A stretch of DNA of 64,000 nucleotides from Eledone cirrhosa (GCA_964016885.1 OZ024755.1:24924001-24988000); one strand, 5' to 3'; counted from the stretch's first letter, positions 44,281 to 58,570 are shown. The notes: generated by a model not told the origin, from the letters alone. Numbers and translations: made by a program.

Positions 44281-45050
44281 TTAACCAGCAAAGAGGAGCG
44301 TGCCACACTTATGTTCTTTTGAAAATGGAGATGGTTCTCATACAAAGAGGAGTTCAATGAAGCTGTGACCTATTTGGGGCTGGATATATGCTCCATTCAC
44401 GAGAATATGGAACCATGTGCCTGCTTTATAAGACCAAAGACAAGACGAGACGAGGAGTAATATAAAGTTGGTGCTCAGAGTGTCTATTCCTCGGCGAATG
44501 AAACAGTATATGGGTATCCGAAACACTAGGATCAACGCCAGGGACATAATCACGGACATCGAATCTTAGATTTTCTCCCTCTTTAGGAATAGTAATATTA
44601 TTTGGTGAATGCAGAGCTGACCTGCATGAATATGTGGTAAGGTTGCGTCTGTGGGGGTATCCTGGTCTTAATGATCCACAAAGACCACCAAGCTATACCA
44701 CAGTTTTTTACACGTGAAGAAAAAAAACGAGGGTGACAGACAGGAAAAAAAACAACAGCAGCTACAATAACAAGCCTCAGATATGAAAGTTTCATCTGTT
44801 TCCTTAAGTGTTTGCAGAGTAACAGCAGTCGCTCTTTCGAGAATAGCTGAAGCAGGTACAAATAATATCTCCCCGTCCTCAATGCCCCCACCCCCAGCCC
44901 ACTCCTTCATAACGGGACCAATTCTAGGTTATGTGTAGCAGTGGCATCAACGCATTATACTACAACAATGTGGGGCCTGGCATGAAGACTGAAGAAGGGT
45001 GGGAAACTGTCGAATACAGTAGGAAAGTAAAAACAAAAACAGGGCAAATC
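44280..45050 (+). mobile_element. Possible decayed Tx1/L1 ORF1 relic
   Basis: Fragments QYMGIRNTRI, VTDRK..QASDMK (eroded Zn-knuckle position) and EEGWETVEYSRK; the match is weak. Confidence 0.35.
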
Positions 45051-45234
45051 TGAGCAAATAAAAAAGTAAATTAAGATACTGAAAGATCCACATGAAGAGG
45101 GGCATACCGCACTGGAGTGGCTGAAACGTTCGCAGATCTGATGAATGAAAAGAATTGCTTACCTAATATGATGATGTTCTGATAGAAGATGGATGAAATA
45201 TTGTGCTGATTGAGAAAGTATGTTGATGAGTAGG

Positions 45235-45400
45235 TACTATGATGTGTGTTCCATTTGTTCAATCAACGGATCAGCCTGCATATGAAATTAGTGGGCATGT
45301 AGCAGAGTATTCCACAGATAAACATACTCTTAATATAATTCTCAAGGAATTTCAGCGTGATACAGTATATAACAATGATGGGCTTTGAATTATTGCTACA
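45235..45400 (+). mobile_element. Older SINE family (third family); second copy at 50310-50480 on minus
   Basis: TCAACGGATCAGCCTGC..GAAATTA...TTCTCAAGGAATTTCAGCGTGATACAG...GGCTTTGAATTA is homologous to the reverse complement of 50310-50480. Confidence 0.6.
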
Positions 45401-45562
45401 GATGGGCTTCCAAACAATTTCCATCTACGCAATTTCACTCACAAGGCATGAGTCGACCCGAAGCTATAGTAAATGGCACCTAGCAAAGATCCCACGTAGT
45501 GGGATAGAACCCAGGACCTAATGATTTCGAGGCGAACTCCTTAACTATTCAGTCATGCTGCG
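45400..45562 (-). mobile_element. CORE-type tRNA SINE; degenerate copy at about 49495-49618 (+)
   Basis: Minus strand: GTTAAGGAGTTCGC..CCTGGGTTCTATCCCACTACGTGG...CTATAGCTTCGGGTCGAC..GCCTTGTGAGTGAAATT..GTAGATGGAAA...GAAGCCC. Confidence 0.75.
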
Positions 45563-45971
45563 ACGACGAGGACTAGAGGAGCATAGAAGATAGATAGTTG
45601 ATTAAAAATCATGACAGACGTCTAATTACAGCTAAGGATTTTATGACCTAAATGATATAAAAAGATTCTCACAGCTCGGCTGAAGACGAAATTGCTTAAT
45701 GGCAAATTTGGAGAATTTAGTTTAGAGAAAGTAATCAACTTGCAAGATGGGTAGTGTTGGGGTTTAACTGGATTCTACCCAGGTAATGGCTTCTCAGCCC
45801 TATATCAATCGGTTGGATGCCCTTATATGTTTTGTGTATTAAATATTTTACAATCCCTTAATATATTGTATTCTCATCCACATTCCGTTTATTGCATTAT
45901 TGCAGATTTTGTAACATTTTGCTAATGACAAGTTTTGTAATGTATATATGGTCTTGTGACCAATAAAGAAA

Positions 45972-46950
45972 TAATTGTTTCTACGTTTGGCACAAGGCCA
46001 GCAATTACCCCAGTACATTACTGGTGCTTCATTTTATCAACCCCGTAAGGATGAAAGGGTAAGTTAACCTCGGCGGGATTTGAACTTAAACCGTAAAGGG
46101 CCGTAACTCTATGCTGCAAAGCATGGTGTCCGACCCTCTACCGATTCTGCTAATCCACCACCCTTAATTAAAGAAATAATATTATCATTATTTCCACCTC
46201 TATGTGTTCCCAGTTCAAGTCTCATCGAGGTCAACTTTGTTTTTTCATCCTTCCGATGTCGATAAAATAAATAACCAGTAATACACTGGGATGATTTAAT
46301 CGACATTCCCCTTCCACTGAAATTTCTAGCCTTGTACTAAAAGGGGATTGGCACTATCGGCAAAGTGCTGGATAATATGCTTTGCGGCACAGAATTACGG
46401 CCCTTTACGTTCTGAATTCAAACCCCGCCGAGGGGTTATAAACTTTATAAACTTCATCATTAAGAAGTTTATAAAATAATGTAGCAGTAACGCACTGGGG
46501 TAGATTTAATCGACTTTCCTCCCCCTAAAATTGTTGGCCTTGTGCCTAAATCAGAAACCATCATTATTTGGATTGGCGGTGGATTAGCAGTATCGGTAGA
46601 GCGTCGGACGCCATGCTTTCCAGCATAGTTAGGTCCCTTTACGATCTGAGTTCAAATCCCGCCGAGGTTAACTTTGCCTTTCATCCTTACGGGGTCGATA
46701 AAATAAAGTACCAGTAATGCACTGGGTATTTGCTGGCCTTGTGCCTAAAGTAGAAACAATTATTTGGATTGGCAGTATCGGTAGAGGGTCGGACGCCATG
46801 CTTTGCAGCAAAGAGTTACGGCCCTTTATGGTCTGAGTTCAAATCCCGCCGAGGTTAACTTTGCCTTTCATCCTTACGGGGTCGATGAAATAAAGTACCA
46901 GTAATGCACTGGGTGATTGTTGGCCTTGTGCCAAAAGTAGAAATAATAAT
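45972..46950. mobile_element. Cluster of five SINE A copies (one minus, four plus), including a SINE-in-SINE with TSD TTATTTGGATTGGC
   Basis: 45972-46165 (-), about 46200-46345, 46345-46560, 46576-46762, 46766-46945. Confidence 0.9.
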
Positions 46951-47443
46951 TATTATTATTGTTATTATTGTTGTTGTTGCTGATATTATTGTTGTTACCA
47001 TGACGCCGGTAATCTGTTTATTATTTTGAGCCATGTTTTACACAGTTTTGAGAATCACCAGTCCATTTGATACGGCATAGGACTGTAAAAGCCATCCGGA
47101 GAGACAGAGGAGGAGATGGAGAGGGAAAGGTAGAAGAGGGCGAGGGAGAAGGAGAAGAGGGAGAGGGAAAAGAGGGAGGAGAGGGAAAAGAGGGAGAAGA
47201 GGGAGAGGGAGAAGAGGGCGAGAGAGAGTGGTAGACTACACAGCTTGTATTCCTGTTGACTTTGGGTTTCTCTGTGTGTGTGTGTGTGTGTGTGTATGTG
47301 TGTGTCAGTGTGTGTGTGTACATGTGTGTATGTGTGTGTGTATGTGTGTCAGTGTGTGTTTGCGTATGTGTGTGTGTATGTGTGTCAGTGTGTGTGTGTC
47401 AGTCTGTGTGTGTGTGTGTGTCAGTGTGTGTGTGTATGTGTGT

Positions 47444-47478
<35 letters not shown>

Positions 47479-47823
47479 AGTCTCTCTGTGTGTGTGTGTG
47501 TGTCAGTGTGCTTACTCTAATTCTAAGGGTCTGTTGAAGTATTTATGTCTGAGGAAGATCGAGTGATGATGTGTGGAGGATAGAAAGGTTGAGAGTGTGT
47601 GTGTGAATGAGAGAGAGAGAGAGAGAGAGGGGTAGAGAGGAGGGTGAGAGTGAGGTAGAGAGAGAGGAGGGTGAGAGTGAGGTAGAGCGGGTGAGACTGA
47701 AAGAGAATTGTTTCTTTCTATTTTATACGGCATTTTATATGTATGTGATAATACTCGGTTTGACGAAACACTTAATCACACGCATACTGGCATAATAACG
47801 GAAACACACACACACATATATAG

Positions 47824-47856
<33 letters not shown>

Positions 47857-47999
47857 CAGGTAGATATATTTGTGTATATACATATATATACAGGTGTATA
47901 TATATGTATGTGTGTATGTATGTATGTGATATGTATGCATGTGTGATATGTATGTGCGTGGGATATGTATTTATGTAATTTTATATATGTATATATGTA

Positions 48000-48042
<43 letters not shown>

Positions 48043-48109
48043 TCATATATCATTTTTATGTGAATAAACGCATAAATGTGATATATGGAGAAATTCTCTC
48101 TCTCTCTCG

Positions 48110-48164
<55 letters not shown>

Positions 48165-48166
<2 letters not shown>

Positions 48167-48710
48167 ATATCTGTATAAATACAAAGTGTGTAACCGAGAC
48201 TGGACCAATGTATATACATATATATACATATCTAATATGATATATTAGATATACAAGTAAACATGCCAGAAAATACACATTTTCCTGTAAATTGCAAAAA
48301 CATGATAAACATATTTAAGCTACTTTCGGGTGCAATTGGTCGCTCATCTGAAGGCGTGTACAACATCCAATTAATCAAAAGCAAACATGTAGTTGATGGT
48401 TATATATCCATTCACTTTTAGTATTATTCCGAAATGGACGTACTAATTTGTATACAATTAGCGCTTGTGTTGGTAATTAATTAAGATATATATTGAGAAG
48501 TGGGCTAGCAACAGAAATGTATGATTAAGTTATATCTGTATAAATATACAGTGGGTAACCGAGACTGCACCAGTGTATAAATAATATATAAGCATATAAA
48601 CATGTAAGAAAATACGAATTTCCCTGTAAATTTCGGATCTAATTGGACCCTCATCAGAAGACTTCAATATCAGCCAATCAACCACAAAGAAACATTTATT
48701 TGATGGTTTT
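48165..48710 (-). mobile_element. Two diverged tandem units each with an HHR-like core
   Basis: TTATATCTGTATAAATAC..TAACCGAGACTG starts both units (about 48165 and 48530). Minus strand CTGATGA-GGGTC-CAATTA-GATCC-GAAA at 48630-48656, and mutated CAGATGA...CCCGAAA at 48324-48350. Confidence 0.55.
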
Positions 48711-48728
48711 ATATATATATATATATAT

Positions 48729-48768
<40 letters not shown>

Positions 48769-49026
48769 GTGTATAGTGGTAGCTATGGTGCTTCCATAGG
48801 CGGTATGCCAAAATTAGCACTCGATATTCATCAGAGTAGAGTGTAGATATTATAAAGAAAACGAAAAATCAGTGATGCATCTGGACTTAGTTTAATTCGT
48901 GTTACAAATGTTTCGCCGGCATGTAGCTCGAGTCATGGTCCTTGTATGGATCTGGCTGATTCTACTTCTGCGGGTGTTACGTCCGGAGCAATGCTCACCA
49001 GATGCATCACTGATTTTTTGTTTTCT

Positions 49027-49112
<86 letters not shown>

Positions 49113-49149
49113 CTTTATTTTTCTATTTGTTTATATATATATATATATG

Positions 49150-49325
49150 AGTGCCGGGTTCAATCGAGGGTACTCAAGATACTCAATACATTAGGAGGGT
49201 GTAAACATCAGATTTAATATAGAACCGGCTTCTACGTGACTAGAACTGTTTCATTCGAAGGAAATCATCATTCGAATGAAGCAGTTCTAGTCCTGTAGGA
49301 ACCATTTCTATATTAAATTTGTTAT
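49150..49325 (-). mobile_element. Family D short element with fold-back; relatives at 30880-30965 and 56430-56560
   Basis: Shared CCGGGTTCAATCG...TACTCAATACA...GACTAGAACTGTTTCATTC..AATCATCA(G); minus strand gives CTGATGA...GAAA. Confidence 0.6.
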
Positions 49326-49629
49326 ATCTATATATATATATATATATGAGTGTTGTCAGTATGAATTTGTGCACTTGTATGTTTATATTTGAGGATCTAA
49401 TCATTTATATAGTTTAATGTAAATCCAATGGGTAACAGCTGTGTAGTCTTGATACAGTATAACCATTGTTTTGGACTCAACACGGCCGAATAGATCAGGA
49501 GTTTGGTTAGCAATCAGATCACCACGTTTAATCCCATTGCGTGGCATCATATGTAACATTTACCACAGTCTCGGGTGAAGACATGTGTTGTGTCGGAAAC
49601 TGATTCAGAAGCCCGTCAGTTGGATTGTT

Positions 49630-49960
49630 TCTCAATTTTCATCTTCCAGTCTGAATTCATTCCAATGGTTTGCCCAATGAGTGACAGAATGCGTATATCA
49701 CTTCTTTATACTCTTGCCCAATCCATTTGATACGCTGAGTTTGTTGTCCTCCTTGTGGTGCTGTACTTGAAGGGCTTGGGTTGAGATTATTCTCGTTCAA
49801 GTGACCATTCAATTCCGTATTTGGAGAAGAGCTCGTTTCAGCTGAAGATTTTTCGACCCTCGACTGATTCCTTCCTGAGAGATGCGACGTTTGTTGACCC
49901 GAGCTACGACCGATCCGGTTTGAGTTTTTGTCTGTAATTGAACATATATTTGTAAGGATC
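49630..49960 (-). mobile_element. R4/Dong-type retrotransposon N-terminal relic
   Basis: TQRIKWIGQEYKEVIYAFCHSLGKP resembles the R.KWT.E....V...YY N-terminal motif. Confidence 0.6.
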
Positions 49961-50049
49961 AGCTTTTTCACACATTGTATCACACTGACTCTCCCTGAGA
50001 ATTAAGTCAAGGGTGCATCTACCGATTAGTCAACCATTTACACTATAAT

Positions 50050-50281
50050 GATTTCTACTATAGGCACAAGGTCAGTAATTTGGTGGGAGGGGAAAGTCGA
50101 TTAAATCGAACCCAGTACGTTACTGGTGCTTTATTTTATCGACCCCGTAATGATGAAAGGTAAAGTTAAACTCCGCGGGATTTGAACATAGATACTGTCC
50201 TTTACTGACCGTAAAGGACAGTATCTATTCTGCAAAGCATGGTGTTCGACTCTCTACCGATACTGGTAATCCGCCGCCCTA
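50050..50281 (-). mobile_element. SINE A (long-tail)
   Basis: Consensus match; flanked by ACCA(T/C)TTACACTATAAT direct repeats. Confidence 0.88.
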
Positions 50282-51201
50282 ACCACTTACACTATAATAC
50301 AAAGTAGATTATATCTGTAATTCAATGAGCCAGCCATACCAGGAACTGTACCACACTAAATATCGCAGAGAATTACGTTAAGGATACACGTGTGTATGTA
50401 ATGATCTCTCACACGCTAATTTTATGAGCAATCTATTCTGTTCAACTGAAACACTCATCGTTGAATCCGACAGTGATCCATTATATGCTCCTTGTTAATA
50501 CAGGTTATTTGTTTTGATTATCTCCCTTGAATCAATTTTTAGTAAATAAACGTTTTTCTATTGACTTGTAACTTACGTATAATTTAGTTCCGCTGAGCCA
50601 TGAAGATAAAATCATTTATATTTACTTTAAACATTCACCAACCTACTCTCATATTTCTCTTCTTTTCTTTCATAAGAGACTATTTCTTCTTCTTCTTCTT
50701 CTTCTTCTTCTTCATATTTGTTTTGGCGATTGACTTGTGAAGATGTGTCATTGTGAGCTCCAGTAAGTTTGTTGTTTTGACTTATTTGATTCGGTGTTTG
50801 TTAAAATATTCTTGTTACAATGGAGACCTAAATTATCAGTCTTTGCCATTTAGAAGAGAAGAGAAGCTCTATAATATTAGGGGTCTTTGGCCCAAATATT
50901 TTAACTTTATATTTTTTTAATTTTCACGCTCACGACCTTTTTTTTTAAAATGGAGGTGACACACTCCTCTTCTTCCACCCAGAACTGCCAAAAATATACA
51001 TCATATGACAGCGACTCGGATGTGAATGTCAAGGTTGACAATAGTGTCACCTTCTCCAAAGCCACAAACGTCACCACTAGCACTACCACCACAACAGTAA
51101 AGACAACGACCAGAGCAGCAACTACAATAAATAAAAAAATAGCAAAATGGGAAACACTAACGCAAAGAATAGCTGTTAAAACAGCCGAATGCTCTTAATA
51201 T

Positions 51202-51385
51202 TTGTTTCTACTTTTGGCACAAGGCCAGCAATTATCCCAGTGCATTACTGGTGCTTTATTTTATCGACCCCGTAAGGATGAAAGGCAAAGTTAACCTCGG
51301 CAGGATTTGAATTCAGACCGAAAAGGGACGTAACTCTATGCTGCGAAGCATGGCGTCCGACTCTCCACCGATACTGCCAATCCAC
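51202..51385 (-). mobile_element. SINE A (short-tail)
   Basis: Consensus match. Confidence 0.9.
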
Positions 51386-52091
51386 CTATAATAACGGTAT
51401 GTAAGTTGAACAAAAATACCATTAAGGACAGAAAATAGTTGGCTGTAGTCGCTACTGAGAAACACAAATTTATGAAGTGAGTGAAAATAATAGAGGATTA
51501 AGAGAGGAGTGATGAGGAAAGGAATAAAAGGAAAAGAAGTGAGACCAAGTTTATAATAAGAGTGGAGATTAAAGTTGCAAAACCTACAGACCAAAGCACC
51601 GACGCGTCTCAACGTCATCAGCTCTCATCTGGTCATGTAGTTTCGCACGAGTAGAGAAGAGTATATTTTTTAGGCCAGCTTGCGCAGCAGAAAATAAATA
51701 AACATTTCTGCTGGGATGATGCGTGTGTAATGACATTAAAACGAAGCAGAACAACTAAAGAAACAAACGAACCAGAAAGAATAGCCTGAGCGGATTGAAA
51801 TGATTTACTCCTTTGTCATATTTAGACTGCCAGCATCTGTATATATACATATATACATTTTATGCAGAGTGCTACCAAAGGGTAGTTTATCCTTACTCTT
51901 TGTTCACACAGACAGACTCACACATACACACACATTCAAAAACACGCACATACACACGGATATGCATACATACCGACATGCATATATATATATATTTACA
52001 CATACATAAATACATATACCCACTTTGCTTCTTCCCATCCATAGAATACTCCGCTGATTTGTAGTCTTCCCTCTCTCGGCACCGTAGACTT

Positions 52092-52128
<37 letters not shown>

Positions 52129-52284
52129 TTACATACACATACAGAACTCTCTCTCTCACACACACACATATATATATATGTAAAAGTAATAAAAATAAAA
52201 CAAACGGCACAGTACATGGAACAAATATATTAGTTTAACGCTTGAGAGAGGGAGAGAGAGGAGAGAGAGGACACACATACACAA

Positions 52285-52325
<41 letters not shown>

Positions 52326-52920
52326 TATGTATATTTCGTGTTGTTTCGTTGAGTTCTCCATTTCATCCTATCTCTCACAAATAACCTATAGCCATACCCC
52401 CACATCCTCCCCACTTTATTCTCCCCCCTCTCTCTATCTATCTTCCTCTGCTTCTCTCTTGTCATTCTCCTCTCAATCTAATACCAAACCAAATCTCAAT
52501 GGCACACTCTGTTCTAGTCTATTTCCCAGTCTATATAATCTCTTCCCCTTCTACAAACAGTGAAACTATATTTTATCCTATATGACTTCATAGTCAACTG
52601 CTTTTACTGCCCCTCATTGTCTCTTTTACCATTATCTGCCGGCAGTTTTCAGTCCTATAAAAGTTTATGGCGGGGAACGACTTCTCAATGACTGAACTAG
52701 ATATCTGGCTATCATTCACAGGCTGTTTGAGGTATTTTCAGGCCATTAAATATAATAAATATGTTAGTCAGCGTAAGAGGAGAATGGGACGTTGCCCTTG
52801 AGCCGTTCACGCTTCCTAGATTCAGTGAGTCTGAGACAATTGCCGACAGCCAGCAGCAATATTTGTTGGGAAATGTCTGCGAGAAAACCATGGATGGGGC
52901 AGAGATATGTCGGTCTAAAT

Positions 52921-53388
52921 AAGGGGTGTGCAACATATTCCATTGGCGGGCCACTTTTGAATATTGGAACAACTATTAGGGTCATTAATTGTTTCTACTT
53001 TTGGCACAAGGCCAGTAATTACTCAGTGCATTACTGGTACTTTATTTTATCGACCCCGTAAGGATGAAAGGCAAAGTTAACCTCGGCGGGATTTGAACTC
53101 AGAATGGCAAGGGCCGTAACTGTGCGTCTTATTTATTAATATTTATTAAGCACTATTCCAAAGATTTACCACAGCTTCTTTCCATAACATGGAACTGGGA
53201 AATTATAACACACAGAACCCTATCAGTGAAGCTCTTTAGTATAGGTCAACTAACAGAAAATTGTATTACGGTTACGAAGAAATTCTAAATAAGCCTACAA
53301 AGTAAAAATTAAAAACGGTCATCGCGGGCCACTCTGACTGGTCTGGCGGGCCGGATTGTGGCCCGCGGGCCGCGGTTGCACGCCCCTG
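52921..53388. mobile_element. hAT (Charlie/Buster-type) MITE containing a 5'-truncated SINE A (52987-53122, -)
   Basis: TIRs AAGGGGTGTGCAAC / GTTGCACGCCCCTG; 8-bp TSD GTCTAAAT (52913-20) / GTCTAAAC (53389-96); subterminal GCGGGCC motifs. Confidence 0.88.
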
Positions 53389-53577
53389 GTCTAAACCAGA
53401 ATGTAGCAGAATGAATTCTAATAAATGTACCCAAGGTCTGATGATGACAGGATCTCCGTCGCTTTTGCAGATTAACCTATCATACATTTGTTTGTTCAAA
53501 TGAAATAACATTCGTGAAATAAATTGTAAGCGGTTAAGTATCCCAAAGATACACGCGTGTGTGTGTTAGTATTAATG

Positions 53578-53608
<31 letters not shown>

Positions 53609-53904
53609 TAGTATTAATGTTAGTGTGTGTGTGTGTGTGTGTGTGTTAGTATTAATGTTAGTGTGTGTGTGTGTATAGGTGTGTGTATGTGTGTGTGTTA
53701 GTGAAATAGAGTTCAAATGCTGCAGATTTAATGTAGAAGCTACTTTATCAACCATCATCTATCATAATATCAATAACACAACCACCTTCATCAGCATCAC
53801 AACCGCCATTATCTCCACCACGAGCACCACGACTAACATAACCAACGTTATGTCCACAACGATCATCATCATCGTAGCCACCAATACAACCATTGCTGCT
53901 ACCA

Positions 53905-55410
53905 CCAACACCACCTTTACCACCCCAACCATGACCTTCACCACCATAAACACAGACACCACTACTAACACCACCATTACCACCCCAACCATGACCTTCA
54001 CCACCATAAACACAGACACCACTACTAACACCGCCATTACCACCCCAACCATGACCTTCACCACCATAAACCGAGACACCACTACTAACACCACCATCAC
54101 CACCCCAACCATGACCTTCGCCACCATAAACCGAGACACCACTACTAACACCACCATCACCACCCCAACCATGACCTTCACCACCATAAACACAGACACC
54201 ACTACTAACACCACCATCACCACCCCAACCATGACCTTCACCACCATAAACACAGACACCACTACTAACACCACCATCACCACCCCAACCATGACCTTCA
54301 CCACCATAAACCGAGACACCACTACTAACACCACCATCACTACCACAATCACCACCACTGCTAACATCACCACCTCTACTAACATCACCATCACCACCTC
54401 TACTAACATCACCATCACCACCTCTACTAACATCACCATCACCACCACTACTAACATCACCATCATCACCTCTACTAACATCACCATCACCACCTCTACT
54501 AACATCACCATCACCACCTCTACTAACATCACCATCACCACCTCTACTAACATCACCATCACCACCTCTACTAACATTACCATCACCACCACTACTAACA
54601 TCACCATCACCACCTCTACTAACATCACCATCACCACCTCTACTAACATCACCATCACCATTTCTACTAACATCACCATCACCACCTCTACTAACATCAC
54701 CATCACCACCTCTACTAACATCACCATCACCACCTCTACTAACATCACCATCACCACCTCTACTAACATCACCATCACCACCTCTACTAACATCACCATC
54801 ACCACCTCTACTAACATCACCATCACCACCTCTACTAACATCACCATCACCACTTCTACTAACATCACCATCACCACCACTACTAACACCACCATCACCA
54901 CCATCAACGCCATTACCACCACTACTAGAATCGCCACTAACACGACTACCACCACTACTATCATTATCATCACCACCACCAACGCCAAAAACCACCACTA
55001 CCACCACTACTAACATCATCACCACCACTACTATCATCACCATCACCACCACCAACGCCAAAACCACCACTACCAACATCACCACCACCTCTACTATCAT
55101 CACCATCACCGCCACCAACGCCAAAACCACCACTACCAACATCACCACCACCTCTACTATCATCACCATCACCGCCACCAACGCCAAAACCACCACTACC
55201 AACATCACCACCACCTCTACTATCATCACCATCACCGCCACCAACGCCAAAACCACCACTACCAACATCACCACCACCTCTACTATCATCACCATCACCG
55301 CCACCAACGCCCAAACCACCACTACCAACATCACCACCACCTCTACTATCATCACCATCACCGCCACCATGCCAAAACCACCACTACCAACATCACCACC
55401 ACCTCTACTA
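53905..55410. repeat. Three adjacent CAC-rich minisatellites: 60-bp x7 (about 53905-54340), 24-bp x~22 (about 54360-54890), 63-bp x~6 (about 54975-55410)
   Basis: Periodicity is visible in the sequence and in the repetitive translations. Confidence 0.95.
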
Positions 55411-55931
55411 ACATCAACATCACCACCATCAACACCAACACCAACACCTCCACCACCACTACCGGAATCGCCACTACCGCCATTACCGCCATCACCACAC
55501 TAACGTCAGCATCACTACGACCATCACCACAACCAACAACATCAATAACATTAACGTTGTGACCATGGCACTACCGAGAGAAGAACGAACATATCGTCCC
55601 CTTGTCTACCCTTCCACCACCACCACCACCAGCACCACCACACCTATTTCAAGTGGTATTGTTGTGTTTGTTAAAGTTCCAGGTGTTTGCCGAAATACGA
55701 AGCAGCTACGTTGAAACTTAACCTGTCACTAGGGATGAATTTTAAGCAGCTCGTCTTTATGTTTATATCAAGAGGAAATGAGAAAATGGGCCTTGGTCTA
55801 TAGATCTTGTATGTTGTTTTTAGTAACTCATATACACATACCTACTCACACACACCTACACACATATATATGTATGTATGTATGAATATAAGTATGCGTA
55901 TACCTCCCCTATGAATCTGTCTCTCTCTTTC

Positions 55932-55966
<35 letters not shown>

Positions 55967-55970
<4 letters not shown>

Positions 55971-56157
55971 AACGAGCAGGACCCCGACGGCTGAGCTCAA
56001 GCCGTTTCGACGGCTAATTCTGGACTGAATTAGCCGTCGAAACGGCTTGAGCTCAGCCGTCGGGGTCTTACTTGTTCCTATTACCCACTCTACTACCCTA
56101 AGTATTGAGTACTTTGGTGCGTTATGGTCCACCTGCTTCCTTACCACATTTCCTTCG

Positions 56158-56196
<39 letters not shown>

Positions 56197-56390
56197 AACG
56201 AGTAGGACCCCGACGGCTGAGCTCAAGCCGTTTCGACGGCTAGTTCTGGACTAAAATTTTAGTCCGACGAAACGGCTTGAGCTCAGCCGTCGGGGTCCTA
56301 CTCGTTCCTATTACCCACTCTACTACCCTAAGTATTGAGTACTTTGGTGCGTTATGGTCCACCTGGTTCCTTACCACATTTCCTTCGTTA
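55967..56390 (+). mobile_element. Two tandem family C elements, each with a 5' fold-back and ending in (TA)n
   Basis: 55967-56020 is inverted relative to 56027-56080, with the tail to 56160; second copy 56192-56390. Confidence 0.82.
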
Positions 56391-56400
56391 TATATATATG

Positions 56401-56431
<31 letters not shown>

Positions 56432-57048
56432 CCCGGGTTCAATCGGGGCTAACCACAGTAAGTAAAGTACTCAATACATAGCAGAGTATAAATATTTAAT
56501 ATCAAAATGGCTTCTGCTGGACTAGAACTGTTTCATTCGGGAGAAATCATCAGGCTTTACGTTTCAGTCACTAGTTCTTCATATATATAATTCTAATTCA
56601 GGTTGAATCAGCATAAATTTCCTTATGCAAATGAGACCAATCCGCTCTTATACATAAGCGAAAAATCTATGTTTTCGGCTTATTTGAGTTCCAGCACGAG
56701 CCAGGAAAAGGGTGCGTGGCCTTCACAACGTCAAATAGCCAGAAACAGTGCTGTCCGTTGCTGCCCCTTGTTTCTGCTGCAACAAGGTAAATGACGACAC
56801 CAAAACAGATGTTTGCTTCAATTGTATATTTACTTCAACACTAATTCAACATACTTATATATATATATATATAAGTATGTATGTATGTATACGTACATAC
56901 ATATATGTATACAGACGTACAGTAGTATGTATATATATACATACATGCACACATATATATATGCACGTATCGGTTTACCGAACATTTATTATAATGCCCA
57001 GTTTGTTTGTTTGTAAACAAACAAAGAGCCCGAGTTTCATTCTATTCC

Positions 57049-57088
<40 letters not shown>

Positions 57089-57329
57089 TTAATCCCAAAG
57101 AGAGGAAATTTGAGTATTATTCTCTGAAAGTTCCTTAAACCCTGGACAAAGGAATTTTAGGTTCCGAAATATTGGACAGAAAAAGAAAAACAACAACAAA
57201 AAACAAAACAAAGATTACCAGGTAACTTATTTTCGTTACTTCATCTTACAGTCCATTTTGCATTGTTTAGACTTCTATCTCTTTCAACGTAATATATTAT
57301 ATATACTGCTTCAAGCAAACTACAACATT

Positions 57330-57398
<69 letters not shown>

Positions 57399-57842
57399 CT
57401 AGACATGAGCGTGGGCAAAGAGTTACATGATGAAATACCTAGGCGTAATTCATCAAATTCACCAACTATTGCGTACTTATTTCTGGAAGATCGAGATATG
57501 CTTAGCGCATGTGTGACACCATAATTACCCTGCAGTAATAACTCCGACCTTGAAGGAATCCAGTTGGGAGACGTTAAGCAAGCAAGCATCAGTGTGGCAG
57601 CTTGAACAGGTGTAATTGTTTGTCTTAGCAGCTGTGCAAGGTGATGTACTGTCATAATATTGACACAACAAATATTTTGTAGCGCACTGAGAAATAGATA
57701 AATAGCGAATTATACACATATATGTTTGTGTGTGTGTGTGTGTACTTTGTATACACATACATACAATACACACACACACACCTTTCTGTGCGTGTTTAAG
57801 TAATCATGTATTTGCTTATGTAATTGGGTAAATGTATGTATA

Positions 57843-57877
<35 letters not shown>

Positions 57878-58119
57878 CGTTTTTCTAGAAATATAGATTC
57901 ATATGAGCGATTGTGACTAGACTCGAGAATAGATGTTATGACCATCGTCATCATTTCAATGGGACAGACAAGTGAATGAGCACGGCCTTATCTGAAGTAA
58001 TATAGTAATTAAAATTGAATAGTATAGAGCAATCTTTGTCGTAGTGGAAAATCAAATCAGCGCATCCATACGGTGTGGGCTCTAATATCTGTAGGTTCTG
58101 TATAATGTAAACTGTAGAA

Positions 58120-58570
58120 TCTTCAGTTGTAGGAAGAACAGCTGAAGTGTTCTCATACGTGACACGAATAGCAGGAATTACATCAGAAGGAATTCCATAA
58201 CATTCAAGAATCATGAAATGTTAGGTACGATCAACTGAAGCAAAGGCTTTACGGAAATCAATAACCGTTAGAACAACTTCCTTGTCATAATTCTTAAACT
58301 TCTCGGCAGTTTACGTAAGGCAAGAAGGTGGGCTGTTGTGGATCAAACTTTTCGGAAACTGTTTTGGTTTGGACGATGAACTGCTTTGATAACTGGATGG
58401 ATTCTGTTCAGCAAACAACGATTGTAGATCTTGGAGGCAACTTGAGTGAGAGATATGCATCTCTAGTTGTCTGTAAATCTCAGATCACCTTTCTTTGGGG
58501 TTGGTGAAAGGCCTGACACGCCATTGTAAGGTTCATTGCAGAACGTCCATCATGATGAACCTGCAGGGAA
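58120..58570 (-). mobile_element. RTE-type reverse transcriptase fragment
   Basis: PKKGDL..TDN*RCISLTQVASKIYNRCLLNRI...PNQNSFRK..STTAHLLALR...IDFRKAFASVDR...ILECYGIP. Confidence 0.88.

Noticed and set aside
53438-53480. CTGATGA followed by a GAC/GTC stem as a hammerhead (also 45138 and 45680)
   Set aside because: No properly placed GAAA, NUH or stem I.
53679-55370. 444-540 aa Thr-rich (mucin-like) and Gly/Val-rich ORFs
   Set aside because: Open in several frames on both strands because CAC-rich minisatellites lack stops; no signal peptide, domain or splice context.
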